From an uncultured delta proteobacterium (GTDB lineage Bacteria; Desulfobacterota; Binatia; Binatales; Binataceae), in NCBI GenBank assembly GCA_963765675.1, contig CAVXXK010000003.1, positions 64,001 through 128,000 of the forward strand: DNA of 64,000 nucleotides, written 5' to 3'. Made by a program: the position numbers and the translations under genes. Position 1 is the first letter of the stretch. Every line of letters begins with the position of its first letter. The notes beneath the pieces were generated by a model. That model was not told the origin of the DNA. It searched no databases and worked only from the letters and a program-made list of their open reading frames with translations. Of the stretch, positions 50,285 to 59,951 are shown one piece after another.

Positions 50285-51526
50285 TCAGTCGAGCGCGCCC
50301 TTTTTGTGCAACGCTGCGATTTCGTCTTCGCGGTAGCCGAGCGTGGCGAGTACCTGGTCGGTATGCTGCCCGAGGCACGGCGCGGGCGCCTTGACCTCGC
50401 ACGGCGTCGCGCTCATCCGCCACGGAATTCCGCAGTGCCGCCGTACGCCGACCTCCGGATGCTCGAGCTCGACCCAGAATTTGCGCTCGGCGAGATGCGG
50501 ATCTTCGCACAGATACTTGTTGTCGGCGCATGCACCGGCCGCGACGCCCGCAGCCTGGAGAGTATCGACCACGTACGCAACGCGCCGCTTCGAAGTCCAT
50601 TCGGTGATTATCTTTTCGAGCTCGTCCTCGTTCTGCTTGCGCGCGGCGAGCGTCTTGAAGCGCGCGTCCGCCGCCAGCTCGGGCTTGCCGATTGCCCGCG
50701 CGAGGCGCGCCCATTCGTCGTCGTTCGCGCACACGATCGAGACCCATTCGTCGATCGTCACGTCCATCACCTTTTCCGGCAAATCGAGACAGCGGAAAAT
50801 TCCGTGCGGCGCCATGAACGCGTCGCGATTTCCGTTTCGCACCGGCTCGCGACCATTCATCGTGTATTCGAGAATTCCTTCCGCCAGCAGATCCATCGCG
50901 CATTCCCACTGGCTCATGTCGATATATTGGCCCTCGCCGGTTTTTTGGCGATGGTACAGCGCCGTCAGGATCGCGAACGCGCCGTGCACGCCCGCGTTGG
51001 GATCGGCGTAGCTGAACCCCGCGTGCATCGGCGGAAATCCCTTGTATCCCGTGAGCGACGAAAGCCCCGAGAGCGGAACCTGCGCGGGTCCATAGGCGAC
51101 GTACTCGCGATACGGCCCGGTGTCGCCGTAGCCGTTGAGCGAAATCATCACGATGTCGGGACGGACTTTTTTGACCTCTTCGTAACCGAAGCCCATCTTG
51201 TCGATCACGCCGGCGGCGAAATTATTGATCACGACGTCCGACGCCTTGATCAAGCGCCACGCGATCTCCTTCGCCTCGGGATGCTTGAAATTCAGCGAGA
51301 GAGATTTCTTGCCCTGGTTGTATTGATTGAAGTAGCCCGATTTGTTGAGCCCGTCGAAAATTCCATCGGGCCACGGCGGCAGCATCCGCGTCACGCAGGG
51401 CCGCGTCTTGGTCTCGATTCGCACCACCTCGGCGCCCAGGTGCGCGAGCTGCAAGGTGCAGTATGGACCGGCCCATACCCACGTGAAGTCGCAGATTTTG
51501 ATTCCAGAAAGGGGTGGCTTCGCCAT
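50285..51526 (-). CDS. Class III CoA-transferase, catalytic (BbsF-like) subunit
   Basis: DFTWVWAGP, NQGKKSL, catalytic Asp in SYADP. Confidence 0.92.
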   Translation of the reverse strand: MAKPPLSGIKICDFTWVWAGPYCTLQLAHLGAEVVRIETKTRPCVTRMLPPWPDGIFDGLNKSGYFNQYNQGKKSLSLNFKHPEAKEIAWRLIKASDVVINNFAAGVIDKMGFGYEEVKKVRPDIVMISLNGYGDTGPYREYVAYGPAQVPLSGLSSLTGYKGFPPMHAGFSYADPNAGVHGAFAILTALYHRQKTGEGQYIDMSQWECAMDLLAEGILEYTMNGREPVRNGNRDAFMAPHGIFRCLDLPEKVMDVTIDEWVSIVCANDDEWARLARAIGKPELAADARFKTLAARKQNEDELEKIITEWTSKRRVAYVVDTLQAAGVAAGACADNKYLCEDPHLAERKFWVELEHPEVGVRRHCGIPWRMSATPCEVKAPAPCLGQHTDQVLATLGYREDEIAALHKKGALD

Positions 51527-51528
51527 CG

Positions 51529-52737
51529 TCAGATCACACCTTTGCTTTTCAGTTCGCCAATTTGCGCCGCGGACAGTCCGAGCCGGGTGCCCAAGATTTC
51601 GTCGTTATGCTGCCCCAGCGTGGGCGCGGGCGTGCGGATTTCCCACGGCGTGCGCTGATACTTCAGCGGGGCACCGGGATACTTGTGCGTGCCGGCGATC
51701 GGCTGCGCGATCTCGACGAAGAATCCGCGCGCGCGCAGATGCTCATTGCTCAGCAGATCGCCCATGGTCGAGACCGGCGCGAACGGCACACGCTTGGCCT
51801 GCGCCTTGCGGTACAGATCGAGCACCGTTTGCTGGCCGACCCATTCTTCAAGGAACACTTTAAGTGCGTCCCAGTTGAGCGCGCGTTTCAAGCGGTCGCC
51901 GAAAATCTCCTCGTTGGCCCATTCGGGATTGCCCATGATCTCAACGAAGCCGCGCCACTGATGCTCTTCGATGCAGCACAGGTAGATGTAGCCGTCCTTG
52001 CACTGCATCGTCTCGACCGGCTGCAACGGCTTCTGCCCGAGGCGCGTTGCGATCATCTTCATGTAGGGCCAGTACTCGAAGGTCATCTCGAGGATCGCCG
52101 CGATCGATTCCTGCACCGAAACCTCGACGTGCTGCCCGCTCTCGCCGCGCGCGCGCGCGAACACCGCGCCCATCGTCGCGGCGGCCGCATGCACGCCGCC
52201 TTGATAGCCGGCTTGGGTGCCGAAGGTTTTGAGCGGAGGAAGGTCGGCGTGCTCGGGACCGCCGCCATTGAGCACGCATACGCCGCCCGCCGCCCACACC
52301 GTCAGATCTTCGGCGCGAAAATTCCGGTACGGCCCCGAGAGTCCGAACGGCACGATCGAGGTCATCACCAGGTTCGGATTGACGCGCTGCATGCGCTCCC
52401 AACTGAGTCCGACGCGGTCCATCTCGGGCGGTGCGACATTGTGAATCAGCACGTCGGCGCCAGCCGCGAGCTGCTCGAGGATCCGCATCCCCTCGGGCTT
52501 CGCGATATCGAGCGTGATGCCTTTCTTGTTGGTGTTGAGATAGAGAAAGAGCCCGCTCTTTTCCGGATGCGCTTCATCTTTGGGAAACGGGCCGCGCGTG
52601 CGCGAACGATCGCCAGCACCGGGCCGTTCGATCTTGATCACTTCGGCGCCCATGTCCGCCAGCATCTTCGAGCAGTACGGGGCCGAGACCATCTCGCCCA
52701 CTTCGACAATCTTCAGATCTGATAATGCGCCTGCCAT
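51529..52737 (-). CDS. Class III CoA-transferase, non-catalytic (BbsE-like) subunit
   Basis: LADMGAEVIKIERP, LNTNKKGITLD; TQAGY at the catalytic-Asp position. Confidence 0.9.
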   Translation of the reverse strand: MAGALSDLKIVEVGEMVSAPYCSKMLADMGAEVIKIERPGAGDRSRTRGPFPKDEAHPEKSGLFLYLNTNKKGITLDIAKPEGMRILEQLAAGADVLIHNVAPPEMDRVGLSWERMQRVNPNLVMTSIVPFGLSGPYRNFRAEDLTVWAAGGVCVLNGGGPEHADLPPLKTFGTQAGYQGGVHAAAATMGAVFARARGESGQHVEVSVQESIAAILEMTFEYWPYMKMIATRLGQKPLQPVETMQCKDGYIYLCCIEEHQWRGFVEIMGNPEWANEEIFGDRLKRALNWDALKVFLEEWVGQQTVLDLYRKAQAKRVPFAPVSTMGDLLSNEHLRARGFFVEIAQPIAGTHKYPGAPLKYQRTPWEIRTPAPTLGQHNDEILGTRLGLSAAQIGELKSKGVI

Positions 52738-52761
52738 CGGCACTCCATTGAGAATTCGATT

Positions 52762-53034
52762 CTACTCGGGAAATACCTGCTTGAACGGCTTGACCTCGAC
52801 GCGTTCGAAGACTCCGCCGGTCAGATAGGGATCGCTGTTCGCGAGCGCGTGCGCGTCGGCCTCGCTTTTGAGATTGACGACGATCAGGCTGCCGCTGCCG
52901 TCGGTGAATGGTCCTGCGATAACGACTTCGCCGCGAGCAACGAACGGGCGAAGATTTTCCAGATGCGCTGGGCGCAACTTGGGACGGAGCGTCGCGCCGT
53001 TGGGGCCGTCATGGCCGATAATCACGAACAGCAT
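52762..53034 (-). CDS. YciI family protein
   Basis: R...RPAHL..L, AGP..GSGSL, DPY..GVF. Confidence 0.9.
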   Translation of the reverse strand: MLFVIIGHDGPNGATLRPKLRPAHLENLRPFVARGEVVIAGPFTDGSGSLIVVNLKSEADAHALANSDPYLTGGVFERVEVKPFKQVFPE

Positions 53035-53166
53035 TGGCAAACCTCAGACGGACTCGCCCGCGCGAATCCTCGTCGAAAGTGTTACTTAGCACGCGCGGGC
53101 GCCCCGGAAAAACGGCGTACGCTCCGCCGGGCGGCGGGCGTTAGGCTCGGCGATCGTGCAAGGCCG

Positions 53167-53210
53167 CCCTCACCCACGCGTCACGCGTCGCCCTCTCCCG
53201 CTGGAGAGGG
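53167..53210 (+). repeat. REP-like CCCTCACCC...CCCTCTCCC...GAGAGGG element
   Basis: Shares exact 19-mer CCCTCACCCACGCGTCACG with the minus-strand copy at 62883-62959. Confidence 0.75.
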
Positions 53211-53224
53211 TTTCAGAAAAGGGG

Positions 53225-54007
53225 CTACGCTACGACGGCGCCGTAGCCGGTCCAGTAGATCAGGAAATAGCCGGCGCCGATTGCGAACAGGGCGGCGAAT
53301 GCGAGCATGTCCGCCGGGCGAAATGGATAGTCAATGTAGGTTGTCGGACGCGCAAGGCGGCCGAAGCCGCGCGCTTCGAGCGCCATCGCCATGCTGTTGG
53401 CCTTGCGCAGCGCACCCATGAAGACCGGGATCGCGACGGTCGCGTAGCGGCGCATCCGCTCGAAAATATTGCCCTCGCTGAATTCGTATCCGCGCAGGCG
53501 CTGCGCATCGACGATCGTCAGCGCGGAATCGACGAACAGCGGCGCCAGCCGAAACGACAGCGACACCGCAAACCCGACACGATACGGCACGCGCAGCTTC
53601 GCGAGGCCGATCGTGAATTCTTCAACCTTGGTTGTCGAGATGAACAGCACCGACGCCGCCAGCAGCTCCGCGAGCTTGATCCCTTTGCCCAGCCCGAACA
53701 GGATCGACGCCTTGCGGATATTCACCTTCGGCATGTGGACCATCGCCGGCCCCGGCTGGTACGTGGCCATCCACATCAGCGTGGTCGAGGTGATCAGGAT
53801 GATGAACAGCCACCTGAGCGCATAGAAATTTCCCGACGAGCCGGTGATCACCGCGATAAACAGCAGGAGAAATCCGAGCGGCAGCAGCGCAACCGGATTG
53901 TCCACCCAGTACACCGACCAGAACATCACCAGCAGCGCAATCACCTTGACCGTCGGATGCATCCGATGGACGAAAGTGTCGCGCTCGATATACCGGTACA
54001 GAGGCAT
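53225..54007 (-). CDS. ECF transporter T component
   Basis: HRMHPTVK, DAQRLRG and ALEARGF Arg motifs. Confidence 0.92.
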   Translation of the reverse strand: MPLYRYIERDTFVHRMHPTVKVIALLVMFWSVYWVDNPVALLPLGFLLLFIAVITGSSGNFYALRWLFIILITSTTLMWMATYQPGPAMVHMPKVNIRKASILFGLGKGIKLAELLAASVLFISTTKVEEFTIGLAKLRVPYRVGFAVSLSFRLAPLFVDSALTIVDAQRLRGYEFSEGNIFERMRRYATVAIPVFMGALRKANSMAMALEARGFGRLARPTTYIDYPFRPADMLAFAALFAIGAGYFLIYWTGYGAVVA

Positions 54008-55758
54008 CAGGCGCGCTCCTTCACCCAGTCGGCGAATTCCCGCGGCGAGAGCGCCAGGTGTCCGAACTTGCGCGCGAGCCGCGTCACTTCGGGCGGACGA
54101 AACGAGGCGGTCTTGAGCAGCTCCTCGTCGGCGAAGAACTCGCGCACCCCGCCGTCGAACAGCTTGCGCCCCTTGCGAATCAGCGCGACGCGCCGCGCGT
54201 ACTCGGCCACGAGCCACGGCGTATGCGTGATAATCACGATCGCTATTCCCGAGCGATTGAGCTCCGTCACCAGCGCCATCATCCGGCGCTGCTCGCGGTA
54301 GTCGAGGCCTGTCGTCGGCTCGTCGAGGATGAGCAGGCGCGGGCGCAACGCGAGCACGCTCGCGACCGCAAGACGCTGGCGCTCGCCCTTGCTCAAGAGA
54401 AACGGATCGCTCTCGCGCTCCGCGAGCAGGCCGACCGCGTCGAGCACCTCAACGCATCGGCGCTCGACCTCGTCAGGAGCGAGCTTGAAGTTGCGCGGAC
54501 CGAAGGCGACCTCTTCCCACACCGTCGCGGCGAAAATCTGATGGTCCGGGTTCTGGAAAACGTACGCGGCCTCGCGCGCGGTTTCGGCCGCACGCAGCGC
54601 CGCGCGATCGCGCCCCTCGAGCAGCACGCGCCCCGTCACCGGCTTCAGCAGCCCGACGATATGTTTGGCCAGCGTGGTTTTGCCGGATCCGTTCTGGCCG
54701 ACGATCGCGAGAAAATCTCCCGGCATGATCGCGAGGCTGATCGAGTCGAGCACTCGCGGTCCGCCGGTGTAGTTAAAGCTCACATCCTCGACCGTCGCGA
54801 GTGCCGTGGCGCCGTTCGTTTGCGGCGGAGCAGCTTCAATCTGCGGCGCAACGCTCCGCGCGCTCGATTCGAGACGCGGATACGCGCGCACGATCGCCGC
54901 GTACGCGTCATCGACGCTCTCAGCATGGCCGCCGATTGCGAGCATCGCGAGCGCACGGTTGAGACTCGGCGGATGCACCCCCGACTGCTCAAGCAGATCG
55001 AGATCGGTCATCACGACCGCGGGCGGCCCGACCGCGATCACCGCGCCCTCGCGCATCAGGATCACGCGGTCGGCGCGGCGCAGCTCTTCAGTTTCATGCT
55101 CGATCACGATCAGGCTGAGCCCGCGCTCGCGAAGCTGTGATATCAGCGCAAATACTTCCGCCTTGCCCTCGGGATCGAGATCGGTGGTCGGCTCGTCGAG
55201 CACGATCACGCGCGGGCTAAGCGCCAGCACCGACGCGATCGCGAGGCGCTGCTTCTCGCCGCCCGAGAGCGAGGTTGGATCGCGATGCTCAAAGCCGCGC
55301 AGGCCGACGGCCTCGAGCGCAGGCGTCATTCGCTGGTTCATCGTCGCGCGATCCATCCCGATTTGCTCCATCGCGAAGGCGACTTCGTGCGCGACGTTGG
55401 TCGAGAAAAGTTGTGCCTCGAAATCCTGAAACACCATCCCGACTTCCGCGGCGACGTCGCACACGCGCAGCCCGTCGAGCGCGCGCCCGCCGATACTCAC
55501 GGCGCCGCTGAAGCGACCGCCCTCGAACTCGGGAATGATCCGGTTGAGACATTTCGCGAGCGTCGATTTTCCCGCCCCCGACGCGCCCATGATGCCGATC
55601 ATCTCGCCGCGCTCCTGCCTGAAACCGACGGCGCGCAGAGCGGCGCGCACACCGTCCTGATAGGTGAAGCTGAGATCGGCTGCCTCGACGGCATGCTCGG
55701 CGCCGGCGCCGACAGGTCCGGCGGCATTCTCGGCGGAGATTTGCGGCTCGACTTTCAC
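54007..55758 (-). CDS. ECF transporter duplicated ATPase
   Basis: Two Walker A motifs (GASGAGKST, GQNGSGKTT); LSGGEKQR and LSKGERQR; DEPT twice. Confidence 0.95.
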   Translation of the reverse strand: MKVEPQISAENAAGPVGAGAEHAVEAADLSFTYQDGVRAALRAVGFRQERGEMIGIMGASGAGKSTLAKCLNRIIPEFEGGRFSGAVSIGGRALDGLRVCDVAAEVGMVFQDFEAQLFSTNVAHEVAFAMEQIGMDRATMNQRMTPALEAVGLRGFEHRDPTSLSGGEKQRLAIASVLALSPRVIVLDEPTTDLDPEGKAEVFALISQLRERGLSLIVIEHETEELRRADRVILMREGAVIAVGPPAVVMTDLDLLEQSGVHPPSLNRALAMLAIGGHAESVDDAYAAIVRAYPRLESSARSVAPQIEAAPPQTNGATALATVEDVSFNYTGGPRVLDSISLAIMPGDFLAIVGQNGSGKTTLAKHIVGLLKPVTGRVLLEGRDRAALRAAETAREAAYVFQNPDHQIFAATVWEEVAFGPRNFKLAPDEVERRCVEVLDAVGLLAERESDPFLLSKGERQRLAVASVLALRPRLLILDEPTTGLDYREQRRMMALVTELNRSGIAIVIITHTPWLVAEYARRVALIRKGRKLFDGGVREFFADEELLKTASFRPPEVTRLARKFGHLALSPREFADWVKERA

Positions 55759-56603
55759 ATCGCCACCAGCCCGGCGATCGCGAGAAAAATGAACGGACTC
55801 ACGATGATCGCGACCGACTTGTCATACGGCGCCGCGTTCATATAAGCCGGCAGGAATTTTGGCGCCCACAGCCCAACTGAAAGCAGATTGCCGAACGCCC
55901 ACGCCCCCGTTTCACCGACCACCAGCATCACCAGCCCGAGCCATCTGATAGGGACAGGACGCAGCTTCAGCTCAGGCATCACGTCGGTATAGAGCAGATG
56001 GCCCCGGCGCACGCGCGGATAGACCGCGAGCAGGATAAACGGCGAGAGCACGATCGCCGCGCTCATGTTGTTCAGGATAATCACGTTGCCGAGCGCCGCG
56101 AACGGCCGGAGCGCGAGCAGATTCTCGCCCCATCCGACCAGGTCGGCGCACAGCATGCTCGCGGCCATGCACGTGAAAAGATACTTCGCGATCTTCCATG
56201 GCGAGCGCGAGATCGGCGCCTCGCCCTCGGCGATCACCTGCCAGACCTTGTACGGAATCCATCCATAGCTGAGATTTGCCAGGAATCCGAAAAGATCGGA
56301 GGGCGACGCGCCGCCGAAGAAGTCGCCAATCGTGTTGCCGATTGCGCTCCCCCACGCGCCCGCGGGTCCGAACAGAAACGAGCACACGATCGGAATCGCG
56401 TTGGCCGGCCGAAGCTCGGTTACGCCGGGAATGAACGGCACCGCCTTGAACGGGATCAGCACCGCAGCGTAGAGCGCCGCCGAGATCGAGCACAACACGA
56501 TCATCCGCGTATTGCGCCACATCGCGGTGATGCCGTAGGTCGCGGGATGCGCGGCGGCGGCAGAAGGCGTAACCAGCTCGCGATGGTGTTCGGCGGAGAT
56601 CAT
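55755..56603 (-). CDS. ECF transporter S component (QueT/MtaT-like)
   Basis: MWRNTRMIVL..SAALYAA, ELRPAN, FGPAGAWGSAIGNTIGD; start uncertain (56522-56666). Confidence 0.8.
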   Translation of the reverse strand: MISAEHHRELVTPSAAAAHPATYGITAMWRNTRMIVLCSISAALYAAVLIPFKAVPFIPGVTELRPANAIPIVCSFLFGPAGAWGSAIGNTIGDFFGGASPSDLFGFLANLSYGWIPYKVWQVIAEGEAPISRSPWKIAKYLFTCMAASMLCADLVGWGENLLALRPFAALGNVIILNNMSAAIVLSPFILLAVYPRVRRGHLLYTDVMPELKLRPVPIRWLGLVMLVVGETGAWAFGNLLSVGLWAPKFLPAYMNAAPYDKSVAIIVSPFIFLAIAGLVAM

Positions 56604-56691
56604 CGTGCCGCTGACCAGTATGCCGACCCCACCCGCCGATTCAAGCAGGGCCGATTGCAGACTCAATGACCAAAAGGAACAATAGAGGCCG

Positions 56692-57036
56692 ATGCCGATT
56701 TATGAATACGAATGCGCCGGATGCCGTCGGCGGACGAGCGTGCTGACCACTCGCGTCAGTGAGAGGGTTCGCGCCGTGTGCAGTCATTGCGGCGGCAAGA
56801 AGATGAAGCGCCTGATGTCGCGCTTTGCGATGCCCAAGTCGGAAGAACAGCGGATGGATTCGCTCGCCGACCCGTCGAAGCTCGGTGATCTTGACGAGAA
56901 TGATCCGAAGAGCGTCGCCCGGATGATGAAAAAGATGGGCCAGGAAATGGGCGAGGATTTCAGCGGCGAAGACTTCGACGAAGCCGTCGATGAAATGGAA
57001 TCGAGCGGCGACGACTCCGACGGCAACGATCTATAG
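56692..57036 (+). CDS. FmdB-family zinc ribbon protein
   Basis: MPIYEYECAGC...CSHCG...RLMS, acidic tail. Confidence 0.9.
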   Translation: MPIYEYECAGCRRRTSVLTTRVSERVRAVCSHCGGKKMKRLMSRFAMPKSEEQRMDSLADPSKLGDLDENDPKSVARMMKKMGQEMGEDFSGEDFDEAVDEMESSGDDSDGNDL

Positions 57037-57080
57037 GCTCATTTTCGATTCCTCCTCTGTCGTATCGATGGCGCCCGCAA

Positions 57081-57295
57081 ATCTCCGCACTAATCGCTTC
57101 GCGGAGATCCTTCGCCTGCGGCTCAGGATGACAGATGAAGAACTCCCCATTGGTCGACCGTGTCACGTATCGTCAGCAACCCGATGGTCGTCATTTCGAG
57201 CCACAGGCGAGAAATCCCGAGGCGTCCATGCTTGGCGCGGGCGCCACGTGGCAGCGGCCTTTCGATCGGGATTTCCTTCGTTCGAAATGACGACC
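57081..57295. repeat. Cluster of GTCAT-class REP-like palindromes between convergent genes
   Basis: AGATCCTTCGCCTGCGGCTCAGGATGAC (57105-57132); GGTCGTCATTTCGA...AAATCCCGA and TCGGGATTTC...TCGAAATGACGACC (57186-57295, 14-bp perfect terminal IR). Confidence 0.8.
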
Positions 57296-57311
57296 GAGGG
57301 TTCAGCGACCA

Positions 57312-57704
57312 TCAAGGTCTTCCCAACTTTACCTCATCGAAGTATCTCATCGCGCAAACTACGTTGCCCTCTGTGTCTTTGAATTGGATCAACTCACCCA
57401 CGCCGGGAATCACGAACTTGGGTACAGTGATTCGGCCTCCAGCTTCCACGATCTCTTTGGCGATCGCGTCGACGTCATCGACGGAAATGGTGCACTCGAA
57501 GCCGACGGCACGCTCGCCGTCCTTGGGACGGCCGTGCACTGCTCCGTGGATTCCGGGATCATTCTCTGTTCCCGTCGCGATCATGAAGAAGTCGGGCGGG
57601 CCCCACGCGGAGAATCGCCATCCGAATACCCGCTCGTAGAATATCCGCGCGCGCGCCACGTCATCCGCCTGGACATCGAAATGTGCAATATTTTTCGCGA
57701 CCAT
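57312..57704 (-). CDS. VOC/glyoxalase family protein
   Basis: IAHFDV.ADD..RA..FYERVFGW, GIHGA, FKDTEGN. Confidence 0.9.
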   Translation of the reverse strand: MVAKNIAHFDVQADDVARARIFYERVFGWRFSAWGPPDFFMIATGTENDPGIHGAVHGRPKDGERAVGFECTISVDDVDAIAKEIVEAGGRITVPKFVIPGVGELIQFKDTEGNVVCAMRYFDEVKLGRP

Positions 57705-57778
57705 CGTGATACCTCTTCAATCTATCGCCATTCATAGCACTTCGCGCGCGCGGCAGGCTTGCGCTAGATTGCCATCTG

Positions 57779-58552
57779 ATGGCGAAAAAGCGTCACTGGT
57801 TTTTCGATCCCGCGAAGTACAAGATCCGCGCCGGAACGCCGGGGGAATACGGCAACGGCCATCTGATCAAAACTCACTCGCATCCGTGGCATCAACTGAC
57901 GTACGCACCGCAAGGCGTGATGACGGTGCGCACTCCCGAGGGCGCCTGGATCGTTCCGCCGCATAGAGCGGTGTGGGTCCCGGCGCGTACCCGCCATTCG
58001 GTTCAGATGTCGGGGACGGTGTCGATGCGCGCGGTGTACTTTGTCCCGACGCTCGACGCGCGGCTGCCGGACCGATGCCGCGTGCTGGCGGTCTCCGCGA
58101 TGCTGCGCGAGTTGATTCTCCGCGTGGGCGAGCTCAAGGGACTGCGGCTCAGCATTCCGGTGCAGGCACACCTCGCTTCCGTGTTGCTCGACGAACTCCG
58201 CGTGATGAAAGCCGACGCGATAAGCCTGCCGATGCCGCGCGACGCGCGCGCCAGGCGAATCGCGGCGCTGCTCCAGCAAAGTCCCTCCGAACGCAGGCCG
58301 CTGGCCGAGTTGTCACGGGTCGCGGGCGCGAGCAAGAGAACCGTCGAGCGGCTGTTCAGATCGGAGACGGGGCTGGGGTTCGGGCGATGGCGCCAGCAGC
58401 TTCGGCTCGGCCACGCGCTGAGGCTCCTGGCCGCAGGTGACGCGGTGACGACCGCAGCGCTCGAGGTTGGTTACGACAGCACCAGCGCGTTCATCTCGGC
58501 ATTCAGGCAGACCTTCGGCCAAACCCCCGGGCAGTATTTCCGCCCGGCGTGA
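57779..58552 (+). CDS. AraC family regulator with cupin domain
   Basis: HSHPWHQL, WIVPPHRAVWVP, GYDSTSAFISAFRQTFGQTP; divergent from VOC gene. Confidence 0.93.
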   Translation: MAKKRHWFFDPAKYKIRAGTPGEYGNGHLIKTHSHPWHQLTYAPQGVMTVRTPEGAWIVPPHRAVWVPARTRHSVQMSGTVSMRAVYFVPTLDARLPDRCRVLAVSAMLRELILRVGELKGLRLSIPVQAHLASVLLDELRVMKADAISLPMPRDARARRIAALLQQSPSERRPLAELSRVAGASKRTVERLFRSETGLGFGRWRQQLRLGHALRLLAAGDAVTTAALEVGYDSTSAFISAFRQTFGQTPGQYFRPA

Positions 58553-58562
58553 TTGTCCCGCA

Positions 58563-59951
58563 CTAATGCGTGCCCGGTAATCCGGCGCGCTGCTTGAATC
58601 CGGCCAGAATAATTTCCGCGAGCGCATCGTAGTTTCCGTCAAAATGATGGCCGCCGTTGCGGCGAAAGGTTTCCACGCCGCGCTGCGCCAGGGTCGGGCA
58701 GGCGGTATCGCTTTCGCTTTGCCCGTAAAAACATTGGATCAAATGGGGCGAGATCTTGTCCGCTTCCGGCAGAACGGCAAGCGCATGTTCTCCCGGTGGC
58801 CCGCCCAGCCATCCGCGAACCGAAATTTCGAAATCCGCGGATTTCGACAGTCCCAGCAACGCGATGAGCACCACGTGCGCGCGTAGGTCCTGCGGCAATC
58901 GGTTATACGCGAATGGCATCACGTCGGCGCCGAAGGAATATCCGATCAGCGCAACCTTGTCGGCGTGCCATTTGGCCATGAAGGTCTCGATCAACGCGGC
59001 GACCATGCTCGCGGTCTGGCCGGGCGTCTTGCCGCTCCAGAAATATCTCAGGCTGTCCAAACCAACGACGGGCACGCCTTGACGCTGAAAGTCTTCCGCG
59101 ATGGTCTTGTCGAGATCGCGCCATCCGCCGTCGCCCGACAACACGATCGCCATCAGCTTCGACGGATGAGCCGCCGGCATCACCGCGATCGGCAACCCGG
59201 AAATATCGGGCGCCGCTGAACTGCTCTTTGCCAATGGCGGAGGTTTGGCAAGATGCGGCTCGATCATCGACCGCAGCGCATCACCGGATGACATGCCAGC
59301 CGCAATCTGCCGCAACTCGAACGGCGCGCCCGCGCGACGCAATCTCAAGATATACTCGCGGTCGGACCGCCGAGCTTTGCGGGTGAGGCCGACGGTCCAG
59401 AAGCCGGGCAATTTCTTTGGAGCGCCGTAGCGAAATCCGTGATGGCGGGAGGTGGTCGATAGATCGGAGCACAATGGCTTTCGGCTCGCTACGGTCTCCG
59501 AGGGATCCAGCGCCACCGCGCCGGCGATCGTGACCGCAGGAGCTTCCGCCAGAACCATCTCGGCAACGGTTCCACCTTCCCCCGCTCCGGCGACAATCGG
59601 CGTCAGATAATTGGGAAACTTGTAGTCGCGCTGAATCTGGCGGCTTAGTCCCTCGGCGTCGGCGACCAGGGAGTGGCACTTCTCGTTGAGCTTGTCGAGC
59701 TGCTCCAGATACTTTGGGGTATCAACCACCGCTACGAAAGCTCCCGCCTTCGCGATCGCCGAAGCGGCAGCCTCATCCTCCGCGGAGACTCCCTTTCGGC
59801 TCGAAAAGAGAATCACTACACCTCGCGCCGAACCTGCGGGCTCAACCGTTTTGATACTGCCGTAGCGGCCGGTATCCAGCGCGTGAGCCGGCGACGCGAT
59901 CAGGCAACAGAGAAAGGTCAGCAGAGCCAGCGCGCGGCCGAGCCTGGTCAT
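58563..59951 (-). CDS. acvB: AcvB/VirJ family lysyl-phosphatidylglycerol hydrolase
   Basis: SGDGGWRDLD, GLDSLRYFW, IGYSFGAD, GGHHFDG; coupled to mprF. Confidence 0.9.
   Translation of the reverse strand: MTRLGRALALLTFLCCLIASPAHALDTGRYGSIKTVEPAGSARGVVILFSSRKGVSAEDEAAASAIAKAGAFVAVVDTPKYLEQLDKLNEKCHSLVADAEGLSRQIQRDYKFPNYLTPIVAGAGEGGTVAEMVLAEAPAVTIAGAVALDPSETVASRKPLCSDLSTTSRHHGFRYGAPKKLPGFWTVGLTRKARRSDREYILRLRRAGAPFELRQIAAGMSSGDALRSMIEPHLAKPPPLAKSSSAAPDISGLPIAVMPAAHPSKLMAIVLSGDGGWRDLDKTIAEDFQRQGVPVVGLDSLRYFWSGKTPGQTASMVAALIETFMAKWHADKVALIGYSFGADVMPFAYNRLPQDLRAHVVLIALLGLSKSADFEISVRGWLGGPPGEHALAVLPEADKISPHLIQCFYGQSESDTACPTLAQRGVETFRRNGGHHFDGNYDALAEIILAGFKQRAGLPGTH

Noticed and set aside
49973-52722. 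Long plus-strand ORFs of 561 aa and 402 aa
   Set aside because: Antisense shadows of the CoA-transferase genes; Arg-rich, no motifs; expected in high-GC DNA.
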